This document shows positions 17,512 to 25,848 of a stretch of 37,208 nt of DNA, piece after piece. A program made the position numbers and the translations under genes. The stretch is taken from assembly GCA_046744115.1 (NCBI GenBank), contig JBKOXW010000052.1, positions 1 to 37,208 on the forward strand, given 5' to 3'. The first letter of the stretch is position 1, and every line of letters starts with the position of its first letter. The notes under the pieces were generated by a model. It was not told the origin of the DNA. It did not search any database and saw nothing but the letters and a program-made list of their open reading frames with translations. This DNA is from Actinomycetota bacterium (GTDB lineage: Bacteria > Actinomycetota > Actinomycetes > Mycobacteriales > CADCTP01).

Positions 17512-20500
17512 CTACGGACGGGTCGCGACCGGAAGGGGGGAGACGGGATCGGCGACCTCGACCAGCCGGCACATCGCGTTCACCAAGCGCAGCTCCGCCG
17601 GATTGCGCACGGCCGCGTCGAGCAACCGCGGGCTCGCGACCACGGCGGCCAGCGCCCGGGCCCGGGACACCGCGACGTTCAGCCGGTTGAGGCTGTAGAG
17701 GAACTCGATCCCGCGCGGCGCATCCTCCGCGCTCGAGGTGGCCATCGAGTAGATGACCACCGCCGCCTCCTGACCCTGGAACCGGTCGACCGTGCCCACC
17801 CGCGCGCCCGCCGGCAGCCGCGACCGGAGCCGGCCGACGTGCGCGTTGTACGGAGCGACGACGAGCACGTCGGCCGCGGTCACCGGCCGCAGGCAGCCCC
17901 GCGCGTCCGTCCAGGCGCCGCGGCGCACCTCCCGGTACAGCCCGGCGACGACGTCGACCTCCTCGGTGGAGACCGACCGGTTGCCGGCGTGCTCGACCGG
18001 CACCCAGCGCAGGCCGGCGCCGCGCAGCAGCCCCGCCGCGTCGACCTCCTGCCGGCCGCACGACTCGAGCGCACCGAGCCGGCCGTCGTAGCCGACCTCG
18101 GAGACGAAAGCGCAGATCGCGGGGTGCATCCGCCAGGTCCGGTCGAGGAAGACGCCGAGGTCGGCGGGCAGCGTCGCCGCGCCGCCGAGGACATGCTGCA
18201 GCGCCGAGAGCTCCGCGCCGGGCGGGTGATCTCCCCGCGCCGGCTGGGCGAGCTGCTGTGGGTCGCCGAAGAGCAGGACGTCACGCGCGGCGCCGGCGAC
18301 CGCGGCGACGTTCGCCAGGGACAGCTGGCCCGCCTCGTCGACGACCAGGGCGTCCACGGCGCCGGCCATCTCCTCCCGGGCGAACAGCCAGGACGTGCCG
18401 GCCACCACGTCCACGCTGCCGGCCCACAGCGCCTCGGCCACCACGGCGTTGTCCGTGGTGTGCTCCACACCCGCGGCCGTGGACCGGTCCTCGCCGTCGG
18501 CCTTCTGCAGCGCGCGCACGGCGACACCCTGCTCGGCCGCCGCCGTCATCACCGCGTCCAGCAGGTTCGCGATCGCCTTGTGGCTGAACGCGGACAGGCC
18601 CACCCGCCGGCCGTCGGCCACCAGCGCCAGCACGGTGCGCGCGGCCGCCCAGGTCTTGCCCGAGCCGGGCGGCCCCTGCACGGCCAGCACGCCGCCGGAC
18701 AGCAGCCGGGCCAGCCGGGTCACCGCCGTGACCGGCGACTCGCCGGCACCGACCAGCGGGCCGGCCGGCACGCCGCGCGGTGGTCGGCGCAGCAGGAGGT
18801 CACGCGCGGCCCGGTGGGCCGGCCCCGGCCCGTCGATGCCGTGGTCGCGCACCCACTCCCCCAGCCGTCGCAGCGCCTCCCGCTGGACCCGGTCGTCGAT
18901 CGGCCCGCCCGGGACCAGCGACGGGCAGGCCGGCGGCCCGGTCCGGCTGGCCCGGCGCAACTCCAGCCAGCCCTGCTCGGCGTCGAGGGCCACGACCGTG
19001 CCCTGGGTCCGCTCGGTACGCGGGTCGACGTAGCCGCTCTCACCCACCCGCAGCTTCGTGTCCTGCGGTGGGAAGTCCATCCGCCACACGGTCGACTGCT
19101 TCGTCGCGCGTACCTCGACCGGCGGACCGAGCTGCCCGACCGCGGCCGGGTCGTCAACGAGGGCCTCGTCGCCGAGTTGCAGCCGCCGGAAGTACTCCCA
19201 CCATTCCGGGCGGGCCTCGCGCCGGTGCCAGTCGAGCAGGTCGGCGAGCAGCCGGGTGGCGCGCTCCTCGTCGCCGTCGGCGACGCGCTCGGCCGGTAGC
19301 GGCGCGACCAGCTGGGCGTGCAGGTGCAGCGTCGCCGCCGAGACCTGCACGGCCCGCTCGGACGGCAGCCCGTCGCCGTCCTCCGGGCGCTCGATCGCGG
19401 CGCCGGCGGCCACCGCGTCCGCCCGGCGCTGCTCGAGCCAGTCCCGCAGCCGCAGCGTGGACCGGCAGTCGATCTCGTTATATCGCTCGATCGCGGCCAG
19501 CTCGGTGTCGTCCCCGCTGGCCAGCCACCGCTCGAACGCGACGATGCTCGATGCCGCGTCCGCGACGTCGACGCCGGTGCGGGCCTGCGGGTCGAAGAAC
19601 ACCTCCATCTGCTTGATCGAGTACGAGTCGGTGCCGGCGCGCAGCGCCTGGCGGACCACCGCGTACAGGTCGACCAGCCGACTCCCGCGCAGCAGCCGGT
19701 CCACCTCATCGACCCGGGTGTTGTGGCGGGCGGAGAGCCGGCGCACCGCCGCCGTCTCGTACGGCGCGTAGTGGTAGACGTGCATGCCGGGGTCCGCCGC
19801 CCAGGCGCGCATGAGGTGGTCGATCGTCCGCTCGAACGCGCCCTTCTCCTCGGCCGGCGTGCGCGCCCAGTAGGCGGTGAACCGGCCGCTCGCGTCGCAG
19901 AGGCCGAACAGGTACTCCTGGCCGGCGTCCCCCACGTACGGGTCGCCCTCGAGGTCGAGGAACAGGTCACCGGGGCTCGGCGCGGGCAGCCGCGCCAGTC
20001 CCCGCCGCGGCTCGGGCGGCAGCAACGCGAACGCCGGCCGGCCCGTATCGCGCTGCACCCGCTGCAGGTGCGCCTGCTGGACGAGCCGCTGCCGCGAGGT
20101 CAGGCCGATCCCGTCGGGCAGCAGCGCGGGGTCGGCCGCGGCCAGCGCGGCGAGCGTGCCCACCCCGGCGGCGGTGAGCTGCCGGGCGTGGTCCCGGCGC
20201 ATGCCGGCGACCACGGACAGGTGGTCGTCGGCCCGGCGCTGGGCCGAGCAGCGGGCATCCCACCGGCACTGCGGGCAGTGCCGGACCTTCTCCGGGTAGC
20301 TGGACTCGGTCGAGTCCAGCCACGCCAGCAGGTCGCGGCGCACCCGGCGGGCGTAGGCGGCGCAGTCGTCGAGCCGGAACGGCCGGCGCGCCCCGTCGCC
20401 GGTGACCACCGTGAGCAGCTCCGGCGCGCGCCCCTGCAGTACGGTGAGCCGCTCCGCGTACGTCGCCATCTGCAGCAGCGCGGCCACCTTGATCCGGCGG

Positions 20501-20916
20501 GCCAGCTTGGTGTCGGCGATGTCGTAGGACCAGCCGCCGAGATCGCTCGGCCGGTCCGGCCGCTTCTCCAGGAAGTCGGCGTGCCCGCGCCAGGAGCCGT
20601 CGAAGAACGTCGCCTGGTAGACCACGTCGGCCCCGGCGCGCATCGCGTCGAGCGTGTCCCGCTCCGCGCGGCGCAGGTCGCCGCCGACGTCGATCTCGAC
20701 GATCGTGCGTCCGGCCGCTCGCAGCCGGGCGAGGTAGGCCCGCTCGTGCTCCATGCCGCGGGCCCGCAGCACGGCGAGCGCCTCGTCGTCGGAGTCCGGC
20801 GCCAGCAGCAACCGCCTCGCCACGGCCTGGTCGAGCCGGGTGAGATGGCGGCAGGCCAGGAAGTTCGTCAGGTCGGTGGGACTGACGACCAACCCGCCAT
20901 CGGCGGCGACGTACAC
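17512..20916 (-). CDS. TM0106-family RecB-like (PD-(D/E)xK) nuclease + RNase H-like domain + UPF1/DNA2-like SF1 helicase
   Basis: SPTDL..FL.C, GHADFL..DTKL, HCPQC.W..C, FLDLEGDP, YHYAPYE, SYSIK, YN..DC, QGPPGSGKT, VDEAGQ, GDPQQL, RMHP, PYNA, GTVDRFQGQE, NRLNVAVSRA. Confidence 0.9.
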   Translation of the reverse strand: MYVAADGGLVVSPTDLTNFLACRHLTRLDQAVARRLLLAPDSDDEALAVLRARGMEHERAYLARLRAAGRTIVEIDVGGDLRRAERDTLDAMRAGADVVYQATFFDGSWRGHADFLEKRPDRPSDLGGWSYDIADTKLARRIKVAALLQMATYAERLTVLQGRAPELLTVVTGDGARRPFRLDDCAAYARRVRRDLLAWLDSTESSYPEKVRHCPQCRWDARCSAQRRADDHLSVVAGMRRDHARQLTAAGVGTLAALAAADPALLPDGIGLTSRQRLVQQAHLQRVQRDTGRPAFALLPPEPRRGLARLPAPSPGDLFLDLEGDPYVGDAGQEYLFGLCDASGRFTAYWARTPAEEKGAFERTIDHLMRAWAADPGMHVYHYAPYETAAVRRLSARHNTRVDEVDRLLRGSRLVDLYAVVRQALRAGTDSYSIKQMEVFFDPQARTGVDVADAASSIVAFERWLASGDDTELAAIERYNEIDCRSTLRLRDWLEQRRADAVAAGAAIERPEDGDGLPSERAVQVSAATLHLHAQLVAPLPAERVADGDEERATRLLADLLDWHRREARPEWWEYFRRLQLGDEALVDDPAAVGQLGPPVEVRATKQSTVWRMDFPPQDTKLRVGESGYVDPRTERTQGTVVALDAEQGWLELRRASRTGPPACPSLVPGGPIDDRVQREALRRLGEWVRDHGIDGPGPAHRAARDLLLRRPPRGVPAGPLVGAGESPVTAVTRLARLLSGGVLAVQGPPGSGKTWAAARTVLALVADGRRVGLSAFSHKAIANLLDAVMTAAAEQGVAVRALQKADGEDRSTAAGVEHTTDNAVVAEALWAGSVDVVAGTSWLFAREEMAGAVDALVVDEAGQLSLANVAAVAGAARDVLLFGDPQQLAQPARGDHPPGAELSALQHVLGGAATLPADLGVFLDRTWRMHPAICAFVSEVGYDGRLGALESCGRQEVDAAGLLRGAGLRWVPVEHAGNRSVSTEEVDVVAGLYREVRRGAWTDARGCLRPVTAADVLVVAPYNAHVGRLRSRLPAGARVGTVDRFQGQEAAVVIYSMATSSAEDAPRGIEFLYSLNRLNVAVSRARALAAVVASPRLLDAAVRNPAELRLVNAMCRLVEVADPVSPLPVATRP

Positions 20917-20922
20917 ACCTGA

Positions 20923-20944
20923 ACCGTAGAGAAGGGCTCCGACG
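20923..20944 (-). promoter_or_regulatory. PafBC/RecA-NDp-like leaderless promoter CGTCGG-N10-TACGGT-N6-GTG for the nuclease-helicase
   Basis: One mismatch to TGTCGG-N10-TANNNT; the -10 element sits 6 nt before the GTG start. Confidence 0.55.
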
Positions 20945-20964
20945 AGTCGGCGACGGCCGGCCGG

Positions 20965-20994
20965 ATCTGTGGACGCGACCTCGGCCTGTGGACG
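20965..20994 (-). promoter_or_regulatory. Tandem direct-repeat operator (plus strand ATCTGTGGACG-N8-GCCTGTGGACG), copy 2, upstream of the nuclease-helicase
   Basis: Same architecture and offset as 17143-17172. Confidence 0.65.
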
Positions 20995-21040
20995 ACGGGT
21001 TGCGGAGACGCCCGCGATCCGGTACGCGGCCAGGCGAAAC

Positions 21041-21811
21041 CTAGCCAGCCGGCACCGCCTCGGGCACCCGGCCAGCGGTCCGCTCACCCGCCCGCACCGC
21101 CGCGGCGAAGTCCACCGCGTTCTCCACCGCCGCGCCACCGGGGTCGTTGTTGAAGTACACGTACACGTCGGCGGCGTCCGGCCAGGTCTCAGCCAGCCGC
21201 GCGGCCCAGGTCCGCAGCGCCTGACGGCCGTACCAGGGCCACCGGGCCGCACCGCCCTCGTGCAGCCGCAGGTACCCCCAGCCGGCCGTGCGCCACAGCG
21301 GGGTGATGGGCCGGCCCCGCCGGTCCGCCCAGCACAGCGCGGCGCCGCGGTCGGCCAGCACGTCCCGGACCTCATCGACCCACCAGGACGGATGCCGCGG
21401 CTCGACCGCCACCCGCACGTCGGCCGGGAAGCAGGCCAGGCACCCGGCCAGCAGCCCGGTGTCGGCCCGCAGCGTTGGTGGCAGCTGCAGCAGCACGGGG
21501 CCGAGCCGGTCGCCGAGACCGCGGGCGTGGTCGACCAGCCGCGCCACCGGCCCGGCCGGGTCGCGCAGCCGGCGGATGTGCGTGAGGTAGCGGCTGGCCT
21601 TGACCGCGATGACGAAGCCGTCCGGCGTGCGGGCTCGCCATCCGGCGAACGTCTGCCGGTCCGGCAGCCGGTAGAACGCGTTGTTCAGCTCGACCGTGCC
21701 GAACGCGTCCGCATAGTGCTCCAGCCAGCGTGCCTGCGGCAGCCGGGACGGGTAGAGCCGGCCGCGCCAGTCCCGGTACTGCCACCCCGAGGTGCCGATC
21801 AGCGTCGGCAT
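21041..21811 (-). CDS. DUF72 (YecE/UPF0759) family protein, paralog 1
   Basis: IGTSGWQY, VELNNAFYRLP, KASRYLTH..RL, LGPVLLQLPP, EPRHPSW, YLRLH, YFNND. Confidence 0.92.
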   Translation of the reverse strand: MPTLIGTSGWQYRDWRGRLYPSRLPQARWLEHYADAFGTVELNNAFYRLPDRQTFAGWRARTPDGFVIAVKASRYLTHIRRLRDPAGPVARLVDHARGLGDRLGPVLLQLPPTLRADTGLLAGCLACFPADVRVAVEPRHPSWWVDEVRDVLADRGAALCWADRRGRPITPLWRTAGWGYLRLHEGGAARWPWYGRQALRTWAARLAETWPDAADVYVYFNNDPGGAAVENAVDFAAAVRAGERTAGRVPEAVPAG

Positions 21812-21907
21812 GCCGAGAACCTACCCGGCCGTCGTTGAACGGGAACCGAGCCGGAGACGTAGTGAGGGGTAGCGGCAAGCGACGAGCGTGACGGGGAGTG
21901 AGGGGAC

Positions 21908-21997
21908 GTGCGACAGGTCAGGATCCGCAAGCCGACGCGGCAGACCCGGTTCCCGCTCGACCTGCGGACGCCTTCCGGCCGGCGCCTCCCCTACTGA
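21908..21997 (+). CDS. Putative 29-aa small basic protein MRQVRIRKPTRQTRFPLDLRTPSGRRLPY (not in the ORF track)
   Basis: GAGGGG RBS-like sequence directly upstream, mostly G/C third codon positions, and a perfect hairpin 4 nt after the stop. Confidence 0.55.
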   Translation: MRQVRIRKPTRQTRFPLDLRTPSGRRLPY

Positions 21998-22001
21998 GCG
22001 C

Positions 22002-22041
22002 GCCCGCCCCGGCGGTGACGAGAGCTCCCGCCGGGGCGGGC
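22002..22041. terminator. 14-bp perfect hairpin after the small ORF
   Basis: GCCCGCCCCGGCGG-N12-CCGCCGGGGCGGGC. Confidence 0.6.
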
Positions 22042-22077
22042 CGGTAAACCCAGGCCGTAGCACGGGTTGTAATTCGG

Positions 22078-22105
22078 TTGCACCGCCGACCGGCGGCCCT
22101 ATGGT
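22078..22105 (+). promoter_or_regulatory. Housekeeping-sigma promoter TTGCAC-N16-TATGGT for the ABC operon
   Basis: Near-consensus -35 and -10 elements; an ATG lies 7 nt downstream. Confidence 0.5.
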
Positions 22106-22235
22106 CGACGTCATGCCACCCAGCGGTTGACTCACCCGATCCCACTCGATCGACCGGCGCGCGCCCCTGCCAAGCGCGCGGACAACCGTTGCCCCCACCC
22201 TCGCCACGACCCGGTTCTGTGACACCGGAGTGCTG

Positions 22236-23132
22236 ATGTCCCACGCCGTCCCCACCATGGCCCCGACGCCGCCGACCCTGACACCGCAGCCGCGCCCGGG
22301 CGTCCCCGCCGTCGACGTCGACGGCCTTCGCAAGGAGTTCCGCCGGCGGGCTCCGCGCGGCGCGCGCGGGCCTCGGTTCCGCCGCGTCGCCGCCCTCGAC
22401 GGGGTCAGCTTCACCATCGAGCGCGGCGAAATCATCGCCATCCTGGGCAAGAACGGGTCGGGCAAGTCGACCCTGGTCCGGGTGCTGTCCACGCTGCTGC
22501 TGCTCGACGGCGGCAGTGCGAAGGTCTTCGGGCACGACGTCGGCCGCGAGGCGCGGGCGGTGCGCCGGCTGGTCAACCGCGTCTCGGTGGAGGCGAGCTT
22601 CTTCAAGAAGATGTCGGCCGCGGAGAACCTCGGGTACGCCGCCCGGTTCTACGGCATGACCGCGCGCCGCACCCGCGAGGAGATCCCGCGGATCCTGGCC
22701 CGGGTCGGCTTCCCGGCCGCGCGCCGGCACGAGCCGATGGAGAACCTCTCCCGTGGCATGCAGCAGAAGGTCGCGCTCGCCCGGGCCCTGCTCACCGCGC
22801 CGGTGCTGCTGCTGCTCGACGAGCCGACCACCGGCCTGGACCCCCGGTCGAAGCGCGAGGTGCAGGACTTCGTCCGGGAGATCCGCGGCGAGCACGACGC
22901 GACGATCCTGCTCTGCACGCACGACATGGTCGAGGCGGAGGCGCTGGCCGACCGCGTCGGGATCATCGACCGCGGCCGGTTGCTGCGGCTGGAACGGGCC
23001 GAGGACCTCAGGGCGCACTACGGCGCGGCGACGCTCGAGGAGGCGTTCTTCGCGGCCACCGGCCAGGAGCTGGACGACGACCGGGACCCCGACGACGGGG
23101 ACTCCGACGACGAGAGGGAGGTGTTCGGGTGA
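22236..23132 (+). CDS. ABC transporter ATP-binding protein (drug-exporter type)
   Basis: Walker A GKNGSGKS, signature LSRGMQQ, LLLDEPT, THD. Confidence 0.93.
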   Translation: MSHAVPTMAPTPPTLTPQPRPGVPAVDVDGLRKEFRRRAPRGARGPRFRRVAALDGVSFTIERGEIIAILGKNGSGKSTLVRVLSTLLLLDGGSAKVFGHDVGREARAVRRLVNRVSVEASFFKKMSAAENLGYAARFYGMTARRTREEIPRILARVGFPAARRHEPMENLSRGMQQKVALARALLTAPVLLLLDEPTTGLDPRSKREVQDFVREIRGEHDATILLCTHDMVEAEALADRVGIIDRGRLLRLERAEDLRAHYGAATLEEAFFAATGQELDDDRDPDDGDSDDEREVFG

Positions 23133-23965
23133 CCGCCGCGATGCCGCGCGGGCTGCGCAAGGAGCTCATCGGGCTCGGCGGCGTGGTCGAGCGCAACGTC
23201 TACCTCACCCGCCGGTACATCTGGTGGGACGTCGCGTTCTTCGTCTGGACGGTGGCGAACACGCTCACGATCGTGTTCATCGCCAACGGCATCGAGGCGA
23301 CCGGCGGCACGATCGACGTCGCGCGGGCCACCACGTACCTGCTCGTCGGCGCGGTCATCTGGGCCTACCTCGGCATCATCTTCGAGTTCCTGACCGAGAC
23401 GGTGGCGTGGGAGCGCTGGGAAGGCACGATCGAGTACACGTTCATGGCGCCGCTGTCCCGGTTCACCCACCTCGCCGGCGCGGGCGCATTCGCGGTGCTG
23501 TACGGGCTGGTGCGGGCCGGGCTGCTGTTCGCCGTAGTCGCCGTCTTCTTCGACCTGAGCATGCCGAACGCGGACTTCCTGGCCGCGATCGTGGTGCTGC
23601 TCGTGGCGAGCGTGTCGTTCATCGGCATCGGCATGATGACGGCGGTGCTGCCGCTGATCTCGCCGGAGAAGGGCGCCCAGCTCGGTTTCGTCGCCCAGGG
23701 CGTGCTGCTCGTCGTGTCCGGCGTCTATTACCCGATCGACATCCTGCCGGGGTGGATGCAGAGCATCGCGGCCATCTCGCCGGCGACGTACGCCCTGGAC
23801 GGCATCCGCGCGGCCATCCTCGACGGCGCGGGCCTGACGTCGATGGGTCGCGAGCTGCTGCTGCTCGCGGTGATCGGCGCGGTGTGCATCCCGGCCGGGC
23901 TGGCGCTGTTCGCCGCGGGCGAGCGGTACGCCAAGCGCAACGGCAAGCTCAAGCGTTCGGGCTGA
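23129..23965 (+). CDS. ABC-2 type permease
   Basis: Multiple TM segments, ERWEGTIE..FMAP, SGVYYPI..LP.W; GTGA overlap with the ATPase gene. Confidence 0.9.
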   Translation: MTAAMPRGLRKELIGLGGVVERNVYLTRRYIWWDVAFFVWTVANTLTIVFIANGIEATGGTIDVARATTYLLVGAVIWAYLGIIFEFLTETVAWERWEGTIEYTFMAPLSRFTHLAGAGAFAVLYGLVRAGLLFAVVAVFFDLSMPNADFLAAIVVLLVASVSFIGIGMMTAVLPLISPEKGAQLGFVAQGVLLVVSGVYYPIDILPGWMQSIAAISPATYALDGIRAAILDGAGLTSMGRELLLLAVIGAVCIPAGLALFAAGERYAKRNGKLKRSG

Positions 23966-24449
23966 CCGAGCGGCCGGCGGCCCTGGTTGGCGTCGTGCGG
24001 GTTGGCCGGTGATGGCGGCGCGCGCGGATGAGGAGGGGTAGGCCGGCGGCAGCGGGGAGGAACCAGAACGTCGCGGGTGGGAGCAGGTTCCAGACCGGCA
24101 GGCGTGGGCCGTTGTCGACGTAGAACGCGGTGAGCATGGCCAGGTAGGACAGGCTCATGCCGGTGAGGTGGTGGGTCAGCCAGCCGTGCCAGCGGATGCG
24201 TCGGGCGGCGTAGCCGAAGCCGGCGGCGGCGAGCGCGGTAGCGCCCGGGAGGAGCAGGTACCAGGTGTGGGGTCGGGCGACGACGATACCGGCGGCGGTG
24301 CTGGCGAGGACGGTCACCGCGGCCAGGTAGATCCGTCCGGCTCGGGGGTGCCGGCCGGCGCGTTTGGGCGCGAGCATCGCGGTCGCGCCGGCGCCGACGG
24401 CGGTCAGTCCGGCCGCCACGTGCAGCCCGATGGCGAGGTGCAGCAGCAT
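23949..24449 (-). CDS. Membrane protein (DUF2306-like)
   Basis: HV.AG...K..GRH...GRIY, H..GM..SY.A.LTAF.V; several TM segments. Confidence 0.7.
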   Translation of the reverse strand: MLLHLAIGLHVAAGLTAVGAGATAMLAPKRAGRHPRAGRIYLAAVTVLASTAAGIVVARPHTWYLLLPGATALAAAGFGYAARRIRWHGWLTHHLTGMSLSYLAMLTAFYVDNGPRLPVWNLLPPATFWFLPAAAGLPLLIRARRHHRPTRTTPTRAAGRSVSPNA

Positions 24450-24453
24450 TGAC

Positions 24454-25344
24454 TCACCGCCGGGCGGTGTGCCGGTCGAGGAAGTCGGCGAGCAGCTCGG
24501 CCAGCCGGCCGGGTTGTTCCTCCATGAGCAGGTGCCCGGCGTCGGGAACGATCTCCACCCGTTCTGCGGTGGGAATGTCCTGAGCCAGCCTGTGCGCCCA
24601 TTCCGGACCGAAGTGCACGTCCCGCCCGCCCCAGACGATCATGGTGGGAGCGGAGATCCGGGTCAGTTCGCCGGCCAGCTCGGCCGTGTGCCTATGGTTG
24701 GCTGGGTCGAGCTGGGCGGCGAGGAATCGGCGAGTGCGGGCGCGGCGGCGGGAGTCGGCGAGGTTGGCCGCGACGTACCCGTCGACCAGCTCGTCGGTGA
24801 GCACTCTGGGGTCGTGCACCGCCTTCGCCGTGGCCAGCGCCCACCGGAACAGCCGGGGCCGGGACCAGGCCCAGAGCACGAACGGCCCCAGCGCCGGCAG
24901 CTGGGTGGCCCTGACGAACGGCCGTTCTTCGGCCGATGGCCAGTTGTCGTAGGCCTCGGCGTCGGTCAGCACCAGCGCGGTGAGCCGGTCGGGATGCTGG
25001 ACGGCGATCAGCTGCGCGACCGCGGCACCGTGGTCGTGGCCGACTACCGCGACCCGGTCCAGGTCGAGTCGGTCCAGCAGGCCCAGCACGGCCCGCACCT
25101 GAGCTGGCAACGTCCAGTCGGCGCCGGGTTGGGTCTCGGTGTCGCCCAGGCCGAGGAGATCCGGCGCCAGGCACCGGAACCGGGTGCTGAGGGGCGGGAT
25201 GATCCGCCGCCAGACGAACGAGGAGAACGGGCAGCCGTGCAGCAGCAGTACCGGCGGCCCGGCACCGGCCTCGAGGTAGGCGACATCCGCGTCGCCCACC
25301 CGGGCGCGCCGCCTGCTCGGCTCGGTGCGGTCAGCCGGTGGCAC
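24454..25344 (-). CDS. Alpha/beta hydrolase with Asp nucleophile (epoxide hydrolase/haloalkane dehalogenase-like)
   Basis: LLHGCP, APDLLGLG, VGHDHG, WGGRD, AGHL..EEQP. Confidence 0.88.
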   Translation of the reverse strand: MPPADRTEPSRRRARVGDADVAYLEAGAGPPVLLLHGCPFSSFVWRRIIPPLSTRFRCLAPDLLGLGDTETQPGADWTLPAQVRAVLGLLDRLDLDRVAVVGHDHGAAVAQLIAVQHPDRLTALVLTDAEAYDNWPSAEERPFVRATQLPALGPFVLWAWSRPRLFRWALATAKAVHDPRVLTDELVDGYVAANLADSRRRARTRRFLAAQLDPANHRHTAELAGELTRISAPTMIVWGGRDVHFGPEWAHRLAQDIPTAERVEIVPDAGHLLMEEQPGRLAELLADFLDRHTARR

Positions 25345-25723
25345 GGCCGGCAGCCGTTTCTTCCAGCAGGCACAGCGCCAGGTCCAGGACGCTGGGCACG
25401 CACGGGTCGGCTATCGAGTAGAAGATCCGGTTGCCGTGCCGGCGGGCCGTCACGATGCGCCGGTCGGCCAGCCGCTGCAGCTGGTTGGATACCGCCTGCG
25501 GGCGCATCCGCAGCTGCTCGGCCAAGTCCCCCACTCGCACCTCACCGCCGCGGTGCAGCGCGTGCAGCAGCCGGAGCCGGGTGTCGTTGCCGAGCACCTT
25601 GAACAGCCCGACCAGCTCGGCGGCCTGCGATGGCGTCAACAGCGGCCGGGTCGCCAGCGGCGGTTTGCCCGCCCTAGCGGCCGGCGACAACTCCGGCCCG
25701 CATCCGATGGGTTCCTCGACCAC
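25331..25723 (-). CDS. ArsR/SmtB family repressor
   Basis: FKVLGNDTRLRLL..L, VGDLA..L....AVSNQL..L, R.G..IFYS; Cys near both termini. Confidence 0.9.
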   Translation of the reverse strand: MVEEPIGCGPELSPAARAGKPPLATRPLLTPSQAAELVGLFKVLGNDTRLRLLHALHRGGEVRVGDLAEQLRMRPQAVSNQLQRLADRRIVTARRHGNRIFYSIADPCVPSVLDLALCLLEETAAGRATG

Positions 25724-25734
25724 ATCACCACTAT

Positions 25735-25750
25735 TACACGACCCCGTGTA
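25735..25750. promoter_or_regulatory. Palindromic operator candidate TACACG-N4-CGTGTA for ArsR autoregulation
   Basis: Perfect 6-4-6 inverted repeat, 11 nt upstream of the ArsR GTG and abutting an AT-rich -10-like region. Confidence 0.55.
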
Positions 25751-25772
25751 CTCGGAGAAGAGCTCATGCGCG

Positions 25773-25848
25773 CTAGTCGGCGTCGATGCTGTTCAGCAGG
25801 TCGAGCAGCTGGCTCGCGTTGCGCTGGGCGAGTCGGAGTAGCAGTTGT
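25773..25848 (-). pseudogene. Displaced original 3' end of the DUF72 paralog-2 gene (att junction)
   Basis: Translates as NCYSD(frameshift)AQRNASQLLDLLNSIDAD*, versus NCYSDYAQTNAQQLIGLLTSIDA in the 31275-32174 gene; 54 of 70 aligned nt identical by hand count. Confidence 0.85.

Noticed and set aside
20917-21375. Long N-terminal extensions in the ORF track (nuclease-helicase; likewise acuC, the acetyltransferase and 32212..33264)
   Set aside because: They overlap real neighbouring genes, while family-like sequence and promoter/RBS signals start at the downstream codons given
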